From Thermoanaerobaculia bacterium (lineage in GTDB: Bacteria > Acidobacteriota > Thermoanaerobaculia > Gp7-AA8): 64,000 nt of DNA. The position numbers were made by a program, and so were the translations under genes. Location of the stretch: positions 8,151 through 72,150 of the forward strand of contig JADGNZ010000012.1 in the NCBI GenBank assembly GCA_017883205.1, written 5' to 3'. This document shows positions 8,546-18,547 of the stretch, in pieces (within the stretch, counting starts at the first letter, position 1; each line of letters opens with the position of its first letter). Below the pieces are notes generated by a model. It had not been told where the DNA came from. It did not search any database and saw only the letters and a program-made list of their open reading frames with translations.

Positions 8546-11500
8546 TTAGTGTCCGCGATTGCGCCTGTTGTCCTTGGGCGCCGCGCCGACGACCTTTACG
8601 GTCGAGGTCAGGTCGATCCCGGCCGTTCCAACCGAGACATGTGCCTTCACGTTATATGTACCGTCGGCGGTGTATCTATGCGATGGAGCCTTGTCGGTAG
8701 AGTGGCCCCCATCACCGAAGTCCCAGGAATAGGTGGGTGGCCCGCAGGTGAGGTCATAGCCGTTAGCCGCCACCACGAACACGACGTCGGCCTTCGCGGA
8801 GCAATTGCCCGATACCGCGTTGCAGCCGTCGCCGTCGAAAAAGATGTATACGTTGTCGGTAGTCATCGTGCCGCAGGCGCCGGTAGCTCCGCTATCGCCC
8901 GACCCGACGGTCAGGATACGCGTGATCGTCGTCGACGAGGTGCCGTTCGAGACCAACATCTTGACGTTGAAATTGCCCGGCCCCACGTAGGAGTGCGTTG
9001 GCTGCGCAGCGGTTGAGTGACTGGAGAGGTCGCCGAAGTCCCAGTCGTAGGTATGGATCCCGGTGCAAGTGAAGTCGTAGCCCGTACTAACAGGGTGGAA
9101 CGCGACCGCGTTCAGCGGGTTGCACGCGCCGCTGATTTCGGTACAGCTGGTGCCGGACCAGCCGAGGGAGACGTTCAGTTGCGTAAGAGTGGCGCAGGTC
9201 TTCGGCTGCACATTCCCGACTTGCACGTCCTGCGTGTACGTAAACGTGCCGCCGCTGTTGGAGACGATGGCTTGAGAGTGGTAAATGTTGGCCGAGGCAT
9301 ACGTATGCACCGGCGTAAAGCCGCTGCCGCCCGTGCCGTCACCGAAGGACCACGTGACCGTCGTAGTGCCGCAATTGAAGTTGTAGCCCGAGTCAGACGA
9401 CAGCACGAACTGCACCGCTTCACCCGGGTTACACGCGCCGGAAACCGCGGTGCAATTGGAGACGAGACCGACGTACGCCACGTACGCGCTATTGGCCTGG
9501 GGCGCAGTGCATCCGCCTCCCGAGGGGGGTCCACCTCCACCGGGGGGGCCACCTCCACCGGGGGTGGCGATGGTGACGCTGGTCGTGTAGTTGCCGGTGG
9601 AAAGCGCGCCCGTCAGCTTCAGCGTAACGGTGTATGTGTTGGCGTTAGTGTACACATGCGTCGGGAACATATCGGTCGACGTGCCGCCGTCGCCGAACGA
9701 CCACTCGAACTTGTCGCATTCAACCGAGGGCGTCCAACCGATCGGGAAGATGTGGAAGGGGACCGCGTCGCCCGGGGCGGGCGTAGAGCTGGTGAAGGGT
9801 CCGATGGCGGTGTTGAGATTGTCGGGCGCGCTCGAGCACAATGGTTTGTCAATGTGGCCGGCGAGAGTAGCGGACTTGCTGCCGATGCCGTTGGTAACGG
9901 AGACGCCGACGGTGTAGTCCGCCGTGGTCGTGAACTGCGGCTTGAAGTCGGACGCGCTCGTGCCGGAGTTGGTCGCGGTCGGGTTGACGGTCCAGGCGAA
10001 CGACCACCCGGCCAACGTCGGGTTTTGTGCCGAGGTAACAGTGAAGGAGCAAGGGCTGCCGACTGTCAGGCAGCCGGTCTTCACGATCACCGGATCCGGA
10101 CCATTCAATACGCTGCTCTGTGCAACGGCCGTGGCCAGGCTGCTGCAGCCGGCGCCAGGAACGGCCGACGCGGCGACGGTGGTCGTAAGACGTACGCGCA
10201 GTCCGAGCGTATTGAACGTGGTGCGCGGCACGCTGAACGGCGGGATTGTGCCGAGCGTGGCGGAACCGTTCGCGCTGGTGACGGTCGCCTGACTCGCATC
10301 GATCACTTCCCACTTGTAGGTCACGGCCGTACCGGTGCCGCCCGGAACATCACTCGCACTGCCGACACGGAGAGTGGTGGTGAATACTGCGTTTGGATCA
10401 CTGATGGATGCAGGTGTCGGTTCCTGAACTGTGAGGACGTACGGACGAACGGCGTAATTGAACGGAGAGATGCTCAAGGGGAGGTCGCTGGGCGCCGTGA
10501 TCGCACTACCGGTGCCGCTGTACGGGCCGTAATGTGTGTTGAAGGCGAGCGAATGCGCGCCGCAGGCGCCGGCGCCCAAGGCCTCGCTCGGCAGCTTCTT
10601 GTTCGATGCGCCGTCGAGAACCCAATCGGTGTAGTGGCCTTCGACTGCTCCGTCGGACGCATCCAGGAATGAGTCGCCGGAGACGATCGGCGCAGTCGAG
10701 CTGGCATCGGCCTGGCGGAACAGGAATGACGTATTCGCGAGCTGGAAGCGAGGCTGCGGGGAAGCGAGAGTCACCGGCACTGTGTCGGTCATCGTCAGAT
10801 CGGCCGCATTGGAGGCCGTCACCTGGCGGACCAGCGGAAGCGAGGCTGCCGACGTGACGCCGCCGTACTGATGCTTGACGGTCCCGCCGGTGACCGACGC
10901 GAGACTCGTGCTGTCGCCGAAGTCCCAATTGACGTTCGCCACATTCCCGGAGCCCAACGCGCTCGTAAACGCCTGGCGATCGCCGTAGAACGGACCGCTC
11001 CCGGGAGCCGCAGCAGAATTCGGATTGGGCACTTCAGCGGACGCGCTCAGCCGTGCGCTGAGAGAGTCGCTCGACTTGAGCTCCCACACGTCTCCCAACC
11101 CGTGGGCTGAGACGATGAGGTAGACCTTGGAGCCATTCTTGACCGGCGTAACGTCCAGGAAATCGTTGATAGTCGGATGGGTATAGCCCGCGGGCGCATT
11201 CGCCGAGTAGTACATCGACCAGAAAGGCTCTTGGCGGCTTCCGTTCCCCGGCACTGCCATCTCAAACGGGATCTCGGCCAACGTTCCCGGTCCCACTTTG
11301 TAGACGCGGATGTTCCATGTGCCGACCGGCGCAAGCTCCACTCCATAAACCGCGAGGTAGCCGTCGCCGTAATGCATTCCCTGGGGGAGGCCGTAGCCGT
11401 TTGTGCGATAGCGCGTCTCCACATACGTGTTCCCGGAGGGCGAGATCACATCGATGAAGGGGCCGGCGTTTGCCACGCCATAGGCGTAGAAGTTGGTCCC

Positions 11501-12448
11501 GTCGCTCGTGATCATGCTGAACCCGCCACCACCCGCATCGAAATGGATGAGCGGCGTACCGGTACGGACGAACCCGTCCGGCGTAAAGATCGAAAGCCCG
11601 CCGGCGTACTCGACGATCCCCACGTGCGAACCACTCGAATCCTTCGCCGAGAGATAAAAGGAGCGGCCGGTGATATCGGGCTGTTTGACCGGCGCGCCTG
11701 GGTTCTGGACATCCCAGATCTGCAGGAGCCCGGGCGAGCTCTTGTCACTGATGGCTGCGTAATATTTGCCATCGCTCGTCTTCAGGGACAGGATGTGATC
11801 AGGGTTAGGACCGAGCGTCTGGGAGATGCTGGGGAGCCAGCCACCCATCTCGCCGCTATCCTTGACGATGCCCCAGCCGAAAACGGAGTAGGCCAGATAA
11901 ACGTAGCCGCGATCATCCCAGTCGAAATCAAAGAGCCGCTGCTGACCATCCTGAAAGGGGGTTACCCATCCGCCTCCGTTCTCCGCGTAAAAGAACGTGT
12001 CCCACCAAAGGAAGACCTCCGGCGGACCGAATTCCACGTCCCGCTTGTTGCCTCCGTTCACCGGGACTTGGGTCGCCGGCACCATGGCCTCCTGCGGCCT
12101 GGCGTTGAGGCGTGAAAAAAACCGGTCGGTGTCGTATACGGCCAGCGCGCTGCCGAGGATCGTGTAGATGCGGTTCCGCGCGGGGACGACGCGGGCCATT
12201 TCGGCTCGCGCCGTGCGGAAGTTCCCCTGATAGTCCCTCGCGCTTTCGGCGTCACTCCAACGTCCGACAAACCGGAGAACCGGAGGATAACCGATCGTCA
12301 GCAGCGTCTGGCGGCCCGGACACAACGAGCACTTCACGTCAGTGTTCGGCGTCGAGGCCGGAAACGCATAGTTCTGGGCGACGGCGCTCGTAGCGGCGAC
12401 GAGCAGCACAACGCAAAAAAGTAACGACCTGCAGCGAATCGAGTTCAC
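8546..12448 (-). CDS. very large secreted protein with multiple PKD domains and beta-propeller-like regions
   Basis: Signal peptide MNSIRCRSLLFCVVLLVAATSAVAQ. There are four or more PKD signatures (WDFGDG, WSFGDG). GTG start at 12448 with a GGGGGA ribosome-binding site. 1300 aa. Confidence 0.75.
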   Translation of the reverse strand: MNSIRCRSLLFCVVLLVAATSAVAQNYAFPASTPNTDVKCSLCPGRQTLLTIGYPPVLRFVGRWSDAESARDYQGNFRTARAEMARVVPARNRIYTILGSALAVYDTDRFFSRLNARPQEAMVPATQVPVNGGNKRDVEFGPPEVFLWWDTFFYAENGGGWVTPFQDGQQRLFDFDWDDRGYVYLAYSVFGWGIVKDSGEMGGWLPSISQTLGPNPDHILSLKTSDGKYYAAISDKSSPGLLQIWDVQNPGAPVKQPDITGRSFYLSAKDSSGSHVGIVEYAGGLSIFTPDGFVRTGTPLIHFDAGGGGFSMITSDGTNFYAYGVANAGPFIDVISPSGNTYVETRYRTNGYGLPQGMHYGDGYLAVYGVELAPVGTWNIRVYKVGPGTLAEIPFEMAVPGNGSRQEPFWSMYYSANAPAGYTHPTINDFLDVTPVKNGSKVYLIVSAHGLGDVWELKSSDSLSARLSASAEVPNPNSAAAPGSGPFYGDRQAFTSALGSGNVANVNWDFGDSTSLASVTGGTVKHQYGGVTSAASLPLVRQVTASNAADLTMTDTVPVTLASPQPRFQLANTSFLFRQADASSTAPIVSGDSFLDASDGAVEGHYTDWVLDGASNKKLPSEALGAGACGAHSLAFNTHYGPYSGTGSAITAPSDLPLSISPFNYAVRPYVLTVQEPTPASISDPNAVFTTTLRVGSASDVPGGTGTAVTYKWEVIDASQATVTSANGSATLGTIPPFSVPRTTFNTLGLRVRLTTTVAASAVPGAGCSSLATAVAQSSVLNGPDPVIVKTGCLTVGSPCSFTVTSAQNPTLAGWSFAWTVNPTATNSGTSASDFKPQFTTTADYTVGVSVTNGIGSKSATLAGHIDKPLCSSAPDNLNTAIGPFTSSTPAPGDAVPFHIFPIGWTPSVECDKFEWSFGDGGTSTDMFPTHVYTNANTYTVTLKLTGALSTGNYTTSVTIATPGGGGPPGGGGPPSGGGCTAPQANSAYVAYVGLVSNCTAVSGACNPGEAVQFVLSSDSGYNFNCGTTTVTWSFGDGTGGSGFTPVHTYASANIYHSQAIVSNSGGTFTYTQDVQVGNVQPKTCATLTQLNVSLGWSGTSCTEISGACNPLNAVAFHPVSTGYDFTCTGIHTYDWDFGDLSSHSTAAQPTHSYVGPGNFNVKMLVSNGTSSTTITRILTVGSGDSGATGACGTMTTDNVYIFFDGDGCNAVSGNCSAKADVVFVVAANGYDLTCGPPTYSWDFGDGGHSTDKAPSHRYTADGTYNVKAHVSVGTAGIDLTSTVKVVGAAPKDNRRNRGH

Positions 12449-12538
12449 GTTATTTCCCCCAAAAGGAGTTGTAGTGGCGCATACCGCACCAGGAGCGACT
12501 CCGCCAGCGACGATGAAACGCTGCCGAAAGTGAATTGT

Positions 12539-12567
12539 TATTTTACTCAGTTTTGACGCGGTGTCAC
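12539..12567 (-). promoter_or_regulatory. candidate sigma70 promoter for the PKD protein gene (-35 GTGACA, 16-bp spacer, -10 TAAAAT)
   Basis: Read on the minus strand as gtgacaccgcgtcaaaactgagtaaaat. It lies about 90 nt upstream of the GTG start. Confidence 0.35.
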
Positions 12568-12580
12568 GAAGAATCTTTGC

Positions 12581-12620
12581 AAAAAAAAAGCGGGCCGGAA
12601 AAATCCGGCCCGCTTCACAG
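12581..12620 (-). terminator. Rho-independent terminator after the 537-aa secreted protein gene
   Basis: Hairpin gcgggccgg-aaaaat-ccggcccgc. On the transcribed minus strand it is followed by a run of T (the plus strand shows aaaaaaaaa upstream). Confidence 0.7.
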
Positions 12621-12640
12621 CAACTGCGTGTTGATATCGA

Positions 12641-14254
12641 CTACGGGAGAGGCGTCGTGTTCGTACCGGTGTACGGAGCAACACCAGCTATGCAAGCAGC
12701 CGGCGGCGCGTTAGCGGGGCAGACAGGAGTACCGCCGGCCGGACCGACCGGGGTCGCTCCCGGGGGAAGACCAGTAACACCAACACCGGCCGAGCAGCCG
12801 TTGCCGAGCCACGCTGCGTCGAAGTCGACGGTGAGGCGGTTACCGCTGGCGGCGGTACCGAACATCTCGACGACGACCCAGTTCTGGCTGGGACGCGGGC
12901 CGGTTCCGCCCGGTTGCGTGAGAGCGCTCGGACCATTGGTGACGGTGAAGGGAGCGCCGCCAACGTTACGCGTAACCGAGTAACCGAGGCTGCCAAGATT
13001 GCTCAGGTTGAGGTACATCCAACCACCGACATCGGCGGAGCTGATCGTCGGGAAGTTGCCTGAGGCCGTGTTCTGGATGGACGTTTCCGGCATCGTCGGA
13101 TTGCTCGTGGTCGGGCATGGCGACTGCTGGCAGGGAGTCGTCGTGGTCGTGTTCTCGTGCTCGTCGAAACGGACGATGTCCGTTATCGGCAGGACACCAT
13201 TCAAAGAAAGCGACGTACCGCAGGCGCCGACGCCGAAGCCTTCACGCCAGATCTTGTAGTTCGTCGCGAAAGCACCCGTGCCGCCCTGGATGTAGCGAGC
13301 TGCCCACAGAGCCGGAAGCGGCTGGCGGCGATCGATCGTACGAGTGGCCGCCGGGGTGTAGCGGTCATAGAACGTGTACGGCAGGTTCGTCTGCATACCG
13401 GTAAGCGGCGTTCCAGCCGGACCGCCCTCAGGGACGGCGCGGATGTGAACCATCGCGTTACCACCGGCATCAAACGACGACGCCGTCGTGCCTTGCGCAG
13501 CCGGACCGAGCTGCTGGTAATCACCGATCAGGACGTTGTCGAAGAGAATGTCGTTCTGGTAATAAGCCGAGCTGGTCGGCAGAGCGAGCGTGCACCACGC
13601 CGCGACGTCGACGGTGACGTAGCCGATCGCATTCGCGTGAACGCCGCCCACAGGATTCGGGCAAGCGGCTGAACCGCCCGGATTGTAAACACCGGTGGTG
13701 AGAGCGGTTCTCACCGCAGCAACGAGCGTGGCGTTAAGCGGTCCCGGAAGGCTCGAGCAGAGGATGCCGCTAGCAAGGAAGTTCGGGTTGTTAGTGTAGC
13801 CCGACGACAGCGAGCCGAGCGGCGACTGTGCCGTGGTCGGACCGGTGCCTTGGGCCTGAGCGACGAGGCCGTTCAGAACCTGGTTCATCGAGATACCCTG
13901 AACGTCATAGCCCGTCAGGTAAATATTGAAGTCGAGGACCGGAAACGACCAGTCCGTCCAAACGGTCACGTGGGCGATCTGCGGGAAGCGGGTCACGTTC
14001 GTGATCGTGAAAAGCGTGTCCTGCGTACGGTTGGTGAGATCCACCTCGAAGTACGGCAGAAGCAGAGTGGCGGCCGGTGCGACACCGATGTCGCACGAGT
14101 CGTCGTTGTTCGTCGTTGTCGGCCCGCCTGCGACGCCGGGCGCTCCGAACTGGAAGGTCGCGTCCGGAATCGGCGTCAGATTCCGATTCACCGCGAACGC
14201 GGAGCCCGCCATCAGGAGGGTGGCCATCATGGCCAGAACCAAGAGTTTTTTCAT
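12641..14254 (-). CDS. secreted hypothetical protein (signal peptide, Gly/Thr/Pro-rich)
   Basis: MKKLLVLAMMATLLMAGSAFA signal peptide. GGAG ribosome-binding site. No recognisable catalytic motifs. Confidence 0.6.
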   Translation of the reverse strand: MKKLLVLAMMATLLMAGSAFAVNRNLTPIPDATFQFGAPGVAGGPTTTNNDDSCDIGVAPAATLLLPYFEVDLTNRTQDTLFTITNVTRFPQIAHVTVWTDWSFPVLDFNIYLTGYDVQGISMNQVLNGLVAQAQGTGPTTAQSPLGSLSSGYTNNPNFLASGILCSSLPGPLNATLVAAVRTALTTGVYNPGGSAACPNPVGGVHANAIGYVTVDVAAWCTLALPTSSAYYQNDILFDNVLIGDYQQLGPAAQGTTASSFDAGGNAMVHIRAVPEGGPAGTPLTGMQTNLPYTFYDRYTPAATRTIDRRQPLPALWAARYIQGGTGAFATNYKIWREGFGVGACGTSLSLNGVLPITDIVRFDEHENTTTTTPCQQSPCPTTSNPTMPETSIQNTASGNFPTISSADVGGWMYLNLSNLGSLGYSVTRNVGGAPFTVTNGPSALTQPGGTGPRPSQNWVVVEMFGTAASGNRLTVDFDAAWLGNGCSAGVGVTGLPPGATPVGPAGGTPVCPANAPPAACIAGVAPYTGTNTTPLP

Positions 14255-14623
14255 GCTGTTCTCCTACACATTAGATGTTGTTTAGAACGTAGTTGCGGAC
14301 TGCGGTCACCCTCTCTCGACGATACGATCACCTCCCGCGTCGGATTTTGAAAATTGTCGTTCTATTCCAATTGCGCGTAACAGTATGGCGGAAAATACTC
14401 GAAGTCAAGCCCTTTTCATGTTTTTTATGCCGCTACACCATAGATCGTACCAGAAGCAGGTGGTAATCGAGCCGGCAACCTAAGGAACAACGCCACGATA
14501 GGACAGATCTCAAGTCGCCATGCCGCCGGTGGGAATGCGCAATCGATGCCCGGCGCGAACGACGCCGGACAGGCGCTGGGCCTGTCCGGCTCGAACACTT
14601 CGCGCTCATTCGATATTACTTCA

Positions 14624-16426
14624 TTACTTCGACGACTTCCGAACCTGCGTTTCAGCCTTCGAAAACCCGCGGTTGAGAAATACATGCACCGAGCCATTCT
14701 GAGCTCCGAACGTGGGTGTGGCGAGTCCTCCCGAACTTGCCGCATTCGTGCTGGCGCCCGACTCGTACATGACGAGGACATCCGGTTTCCCATCGCCGTT
14801 CACGTCGACCACTTTGAGGTCATAGATCGAAAGTCCGAGCAGCTTGAGACCCTCGGTATTCGCGCGCGTGAACCCACCCTTGCCGTCGCCGAGAAGAATC
14901 ACCAGTTCCTGCTTGGTGGCGTCCGCGTAAACGACGTCGAGATTGCCATCGCCGTCAACGTCGGCGAGCGCGAGTCCCGTCACCGGCCTGTGGCCGCCCC
15001 AACGCACGATGGGATAACGGGTTGCAGTGCCGTCCTCTGCAAACGAAACACGGTCGATCGCCGTCTCGTCCGCCAGGGGCGGCCGTCCGATGGTATTCGG
15101 GTCGAGATCGGACGGCCAGGAGCGAACGTAGCTGATGATCGCGTCATCCCGCTTCTTGGATGTGATCTTTCCCGCGGCATTGCCATAGAAGTAGGCACCC
15201 CAGGGGATGAGATCTCGGGCTTGGTCGTTTTCAAGTGCCGCCCATTCGTTCGAGCCTTTGCTGAGATAGAAGATGTCCCGGCTGCCGAGATAGATGCTGC
15301 CGAGAACGAAGTCCGTTCGCCCGTCTTCGTTGAACTGACCGGCGGAAAGCCAGTCTGCGCCAGTCCTCACGCCAGGTGGCACGATGTTTTCGACCTGCCA
15401 GGACTTCCCCTTGTTCTTGTTGATCAGCGCGATGAGCGGACCGCGCGGCTCTCCCTGGGCCGGACGCGCCGTCGGGCCCTCGGTGATCGCCACCAGGTCC
15501 GGGTAACCGTCTCCATTGATGTCTGCAACCACGAGACGGCGCGTGGGGAAGTCGCGAGGAAGGCCCTCGTAAACTTCAGAGAAATGTCCCTTGCCATCGC
15601 CGAGGTATACGAAAACACCTGTGAGGTGCACGCTGAACGCCATGTCCATATGGCCGTCTTTGTTGAAATCGGCTACGACGACACTCCCATAGTCGAGAGC
15701 GTGTGGAACGGTTGCCGGCCAACCTGTCCAGTGACCCTTACCATCTCCGAGATAGATCGCAGGCAGACCTTCGCCACCTCCTCGCTGCGGCGGAAGAACG
15801 AGGTCGAGGAAACCATCCTCGTTCATGTCGGCAATGGCCATCGAGTGGCGGAAAGAGCCTGTTTGCGGCAGACCATCAGACGATTCCTTGAAGCGAATCG
15901 TCCGGTTGTTCTTCGGCGGATCGAGCGGAAAGAACTGCGGCCTGAGAACATTGAAGAACTTCAAGTCGGACTCGCTGTAGCGCGAGCTTGGCACCGGCGT
16001 GACCGGCTGCAGCCCTTCCTGTGGGTCAGGATCGCCGACCCAGACCCATACGTACTTTTCGTTCTGCTGGTAGATCTCGAACGCGAAGTTCACGGTCGCC
16101 ACCGGACGGACGGTGCCTTCCTCGCGGTCGTAGGCCGCCCACTTCCGATCGTATCGTTCAATGTGAAACGACTTGCCGAAACGCCAGAAGTGCACCGACG
16201 GATCAGGATTCGTTCCGGGGTCAGGGTGTGTGCCGACACGTTCGCGGCGATGCTCCGGAGTCTCTGGTTTGATCCACGCCGGCATGCCGCCGTCGGGAAC
16301 CGTTTCGTTGGATGGCGCGGCTGCCGGCTGCGGCACCGCAATCGGCTTGGCCGGCGTTTGTGCGAACGCCGCCGGCATCAGCGCCGCCGCCACACACGTT
16401 GCAAGGATGAACTTCCTATCGAACAT
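14624..16426 (-). CDS. secreted FG-GAP/VCBS repeat beta-propeller protein (integrin-alpha-like)
   Basis: Repeated DxNxDGxxD motifs: VADFNKDGHMD, ADINGDGYPD, DVDGDGNLD, VDVNGDGKPD. The internal ATG at 16426 (MFDRKFILATCVAAALMPAAFAQ) gives a signal peptide and has a GGAG ribosome-binding site. The track ORF is extended to 16810. Confidence 0.65.
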   Translation of the reverse strand: MFDRKFILATCVAAALMPAAFAQTPAKPIAVPQPAAAPSNETVPDGGMPAWIKPETPEHRRERVGTHPDPGTNPDPSVHFWRFGKSFHIERYDRKWAAYDREEGTVRPVATVNFAFEIYQQNEKYVWVWVGDPDPQEGLQPVTPVPSSRYSESDLKFFNVLRPQFFPLDPPKNNRTIRFKESSDGLPQTGSFRHSMAIADMNEDGFLDLVLPPQRGGGEGLPAIYLGDGKGHWTGWPATVPHALDYGSVVVADFNKDGHMDMAFSVHLTGVFVYLGDGKGHFSEVYEGLPRDFPTRRLVVADINGDGYPDLVAITEGPTARPAQGEPRGPLIALINKNKGKSWQVENIVPPGVRTGADWLSAGQFNEDGRTDFVLGSIYLGSRDIFYLSKGSNEWAALENDQARDLIPWGAYFYGNAAGKITSKKRDDAIISYVRSWPSDLDPNTIGRPPLADETAIDRVSFAEDGTATRYPIVRWGGHRPVTGLALADVDGDGNLDVVYADATKQELVILLGDGKGGFTRANTEGLKLLGLSIYDLKVVDVNGDGKPDVLVMYESGASTNAASSGGLATPTFGAQNGSVHVFLNRGFSKAETQVRKSSK

Positions 16427-16458
16427 TCGTCTCTCCTGGTTGGAATTCGCGAAATCAG

Positions 16459-17415
16459 TCAGATCAAGTCGGCCAGCGTTCCCTGCGCGCGACGGAAGAA
16501 CAACAGTCCGCCTGTGAACGTCGCGGCGGCGACGGCTAGAAGGAATACGATCGAACTGGCCGCAGGTAACGCCGCCGACAGCATGGCGCTTCGGAACAAA
16601 CCGACGAGTGGCGTCATCGGATTCCATGCAAAGAACCGCTCGAAGCGGCCAGTGACGGGGTAAAGGATGGGACTCAGGTAGAAGAGTACGGAGAGCACGA
16701 AACCAAGAATCGGCACCAGATCGCGGAAAAAGACGAAGCTCGCGGCCAAAAACCATCCCAGGCCCACCTGCAGAGCAAACTGCAGCAGGAGCGCAAACGG
16801 CAGCAACCAAACGAAGCGAAGCGTAACGCCCCGGATCAGCAGGAATCCTCCGAAAAGACCGAGGCCGATCGACTCGAAGATCAGAGCTGTCGTGTGCGGG
16901 ACCAGGATCAGAAGCTCGCTGCGAAAGGCCAGACGGCGCACCATCGGTGCGTTGTCGACGATGCTCGTCGTCGACCGAACGATGCCTTCATTCAATCCGA
17001 GCCAGGGCAGCAGGCCGGCGATCAGGAATTCGATGTAGTGCCTGTTCTCCGCGGCCGGACCCCGGCTGAACATGTACGTGAAGACGAACCAATAAAGGAC
17101 GACGAGACTCAGCGGCTGGAGGACAGCCCAGAGGATGCCGAGGACCGAACCTGAGAACCGCGCGTGAAAGTCTCTTTTGACGAGCTCGCGGAGGAGGTGG
17201 ACATTCTTGAACGTTTTCTGGTCCTCTGGACTTGACAGCCGGGCAGTAAGCCCGTAGATTGGCGCGCAGTTTATGGTCTCAGCAGCATAGAAGTCAACGA
17301 AAAGCCAATGAATAAGCCAGCCCAGCTCGAGCTCGTCGGGCGCAAGATCAGGCAGCTCCGACGTCAGCGCAAGTTGACGCAGGTTGAGCTTGCCGATCGC
17401 ATCGGCGTGCACCAA
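16459..17415 (-). CDS. wzm: ABC-2 type polysaccharide export permease (Wzm/TagG-like)
   Basis: LLRELVKRDFHARFSGSVLGILWAVLQP is the canonical ABC-2 N-terminal motif, followed by six TM helices. The start is uncertain: the only in-frame TTG/GTG candidates are at 17415/17412, where the gene would overlap the divergent XRE gene by about 105 nt. Confidence 0.55.
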   Translation of the reverse strand: MVHADAIGKLNLRQLALTSELPDLAPDELELGWLIHWLFVDFYAAETINCAPIYGLTARLSSPEDQKTFKNVHLLRELVKRDFHARFSGSVLGILWAVLQPLSLVVLYWFVFTYMFSRGPAAENRHYIEFLIAGLLPWLGLNEGIVRSTTSIVDNAPMVRRLAFRSELLILVPHTTALIFESIGLGLFGGFLLIRGVTLRFVWLLPFALLLQFALQVGLGWFLAASFVFFRDLVPILGFVLSVLFYLSPILYPVTGRFERFFAWNPMTPLVGLFRSAMLSAALPAASSIVFLLAVAAATFTGGLLFFRRAQGTLADLI

Positions 17416-17673
17416 TCCGACCTTTCGCGGATGGAGCAGGGAGAGTACAAAGTCGGCCTCGACACCCTGCTGAAGATCCTGGGAACGTTCGACCTGAGCA
17501 TCGGCGACTTCTTCGACGAAGGGGCGCGGACCGAGACCGTGGTTCAGAAGTACCGAAGCCTCAGCCCGACTGCGCAGAAGGAAGTGGAGAGCTTCATCGA
17601 GTTCAAACGCGCCCAGGAAGAAGACGGCTCGTGGGATTCAGACGGTGGGGAGAGCGAGGGTGACGATGTCTGA
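17308..17673 (+). CDS. XRE-family helix-turn-helix transcriptional regulator
   Basis: HTH_XRE: IRQLRRQRKLTQVELADRIGVHQSDLSRMEQGEYKVGLDTLLKI. Acidic C-terminal tail. Confidence 0.75.
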   Translation: MNKPAQLELVGRKIRQLRRQRKLTQVELADRIGVHQSDLSRMEQGEYKVGLDTLLKILGTFDLSIGDFFDEGARTETVVQKYRSLSPTAQKEVESFIEFKRAQEEDGSWDSDGGESEGDDV

Positions 17674-18547
17674 GCTGAACAGCCGCATCGAGGAACTGCG
17701 CCAGGACGCCCTGGCGAAGGTCCGTTCGGAAGAATATGACGAGGCGTTAGCGCTATACGACGACGCGCTCGCGCTGGCCACGGATGAAGAAGTCCGTGAG
17801 CTCCTCACGATCAACAAAGGTCATGCCCTGATCGCGGCCGAGCGCACCGGCCCGGAAGTGAAAGCCCTTCCGATGATCCTGATGCGCCGCCGCAACACGC
17901 ATCACACGTTTCTCTCGTCGTACGCGTTGCTGTACACGCATCGGCTGACCAACGAGTTGAAGCGCGCCATCTTCTACGGGCAGATTGCGCTCGAGGCGGC
18001 AAATCAGGCCGATCAGACTTTCTGGAAGCTGGCCGCTCTCAACGAGCTCGGCATCGTCTACGAGAGTGACTCGCAGTTCGGGAAGGCGATTGAGCACTTC
18101 GAGCAGGCCCTCACGTTGATCGCAACCCTCGATGACGCATCGCAGCAACAGTTTTCGCGGGTCGCTATCTGCCAGAACCTCGGTTCCAGCCGTGTGATCA
18201 TCGGTGACACGGTCGAAGGCATTCGGATGATCGAGAGCATCATCGATCAAGTCCAGGTCCGGAGCACGCTCTCGGATTCGTACATCGATCTCTGCTACGG
18301 CTACCTCGACCTGCAAGATTACGCAAAGGCACGTCACCTCGGTGAAACCGGCCTCGAGCTCGCGTGCGAGCCCCGTCAAGTCCGAAACGCGCATTACCTC
18401 CTCGGCGAGGCCGCCTACAAGATGGGTGACGTCGACGCGGCGGAGCAGCACTTCGAACATCTCGCGCGCTTCTACCCGCAGTTCCGCCATCTGAAGAGTC
18501 TTCTGTTTGCGATCGACCTTCGGTCGATGCTTAACCTAAAACTATGA
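17666..18547 (+). CDS. TPR-repeat protein
   Basis: Repeated A/Y/L helical pairs (YDEALALYDDALALA, FGKAIEHFEQAL, YAKARHLGETGLELA). The ATG at 17666 overlaps the XRE stop (ATGA). The track start at 17645 lies in the XRE coding tail. Confidence 0.5.
   Translation: MSELNSRIEELRQDALAKVRSEEYDEALALYDDALALATDEEVRELLTINKGHALIAAERTGPEVKALPMILMRRRNTHHTFLSSYALLYTHRLTNELKRAIFYGQIALEAANQADQTFWKLAALNELGIVYESDSQFGKAIEHFEQALTLIATLDDASQQQFSRVAICQNLGSSRVIIGDTVEGIRMIESIIDQVQVRSTLSDSYIDLCYGYLDLQDYAKARHLGETGLELACEPRQVRNAHYLLGEAAYKMGDVDAAEQHFEHLARFYPQFRHLKSLLFAIDLRSMLNLKL

Noticed and set aside
9520-9560. GGGGPPGGGGPPSGGG-coding G/C-rich stretch inside the PKD protein, considered as another in-frame repeat insertion.
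   Set aside because: Sequence is (GGTGGAGGTGGCCCCCCC)-like and does not match any of the repeat families. It is probably a native Gly/Pro linker.
14546-16663. 705-aa + strand ORF, and similar long ORFs (1792..3243, 7209..8549, 9017..10672, 11177..12115, 31332..32972, 50413..51831, 52087..53418, 55105..55929, 56565..57536, 60948..62081).
   Set aside because: All lie antisense to, or out of frame with, well-supported genes (FG-GAP protein, deacetylase, Wzt, PKD protein, NuoC, M28 peptidase, MenD, MenF, radical SAM). Their Arg/Ala/Gly-rich translations are typical high-GC shadow ORFs.
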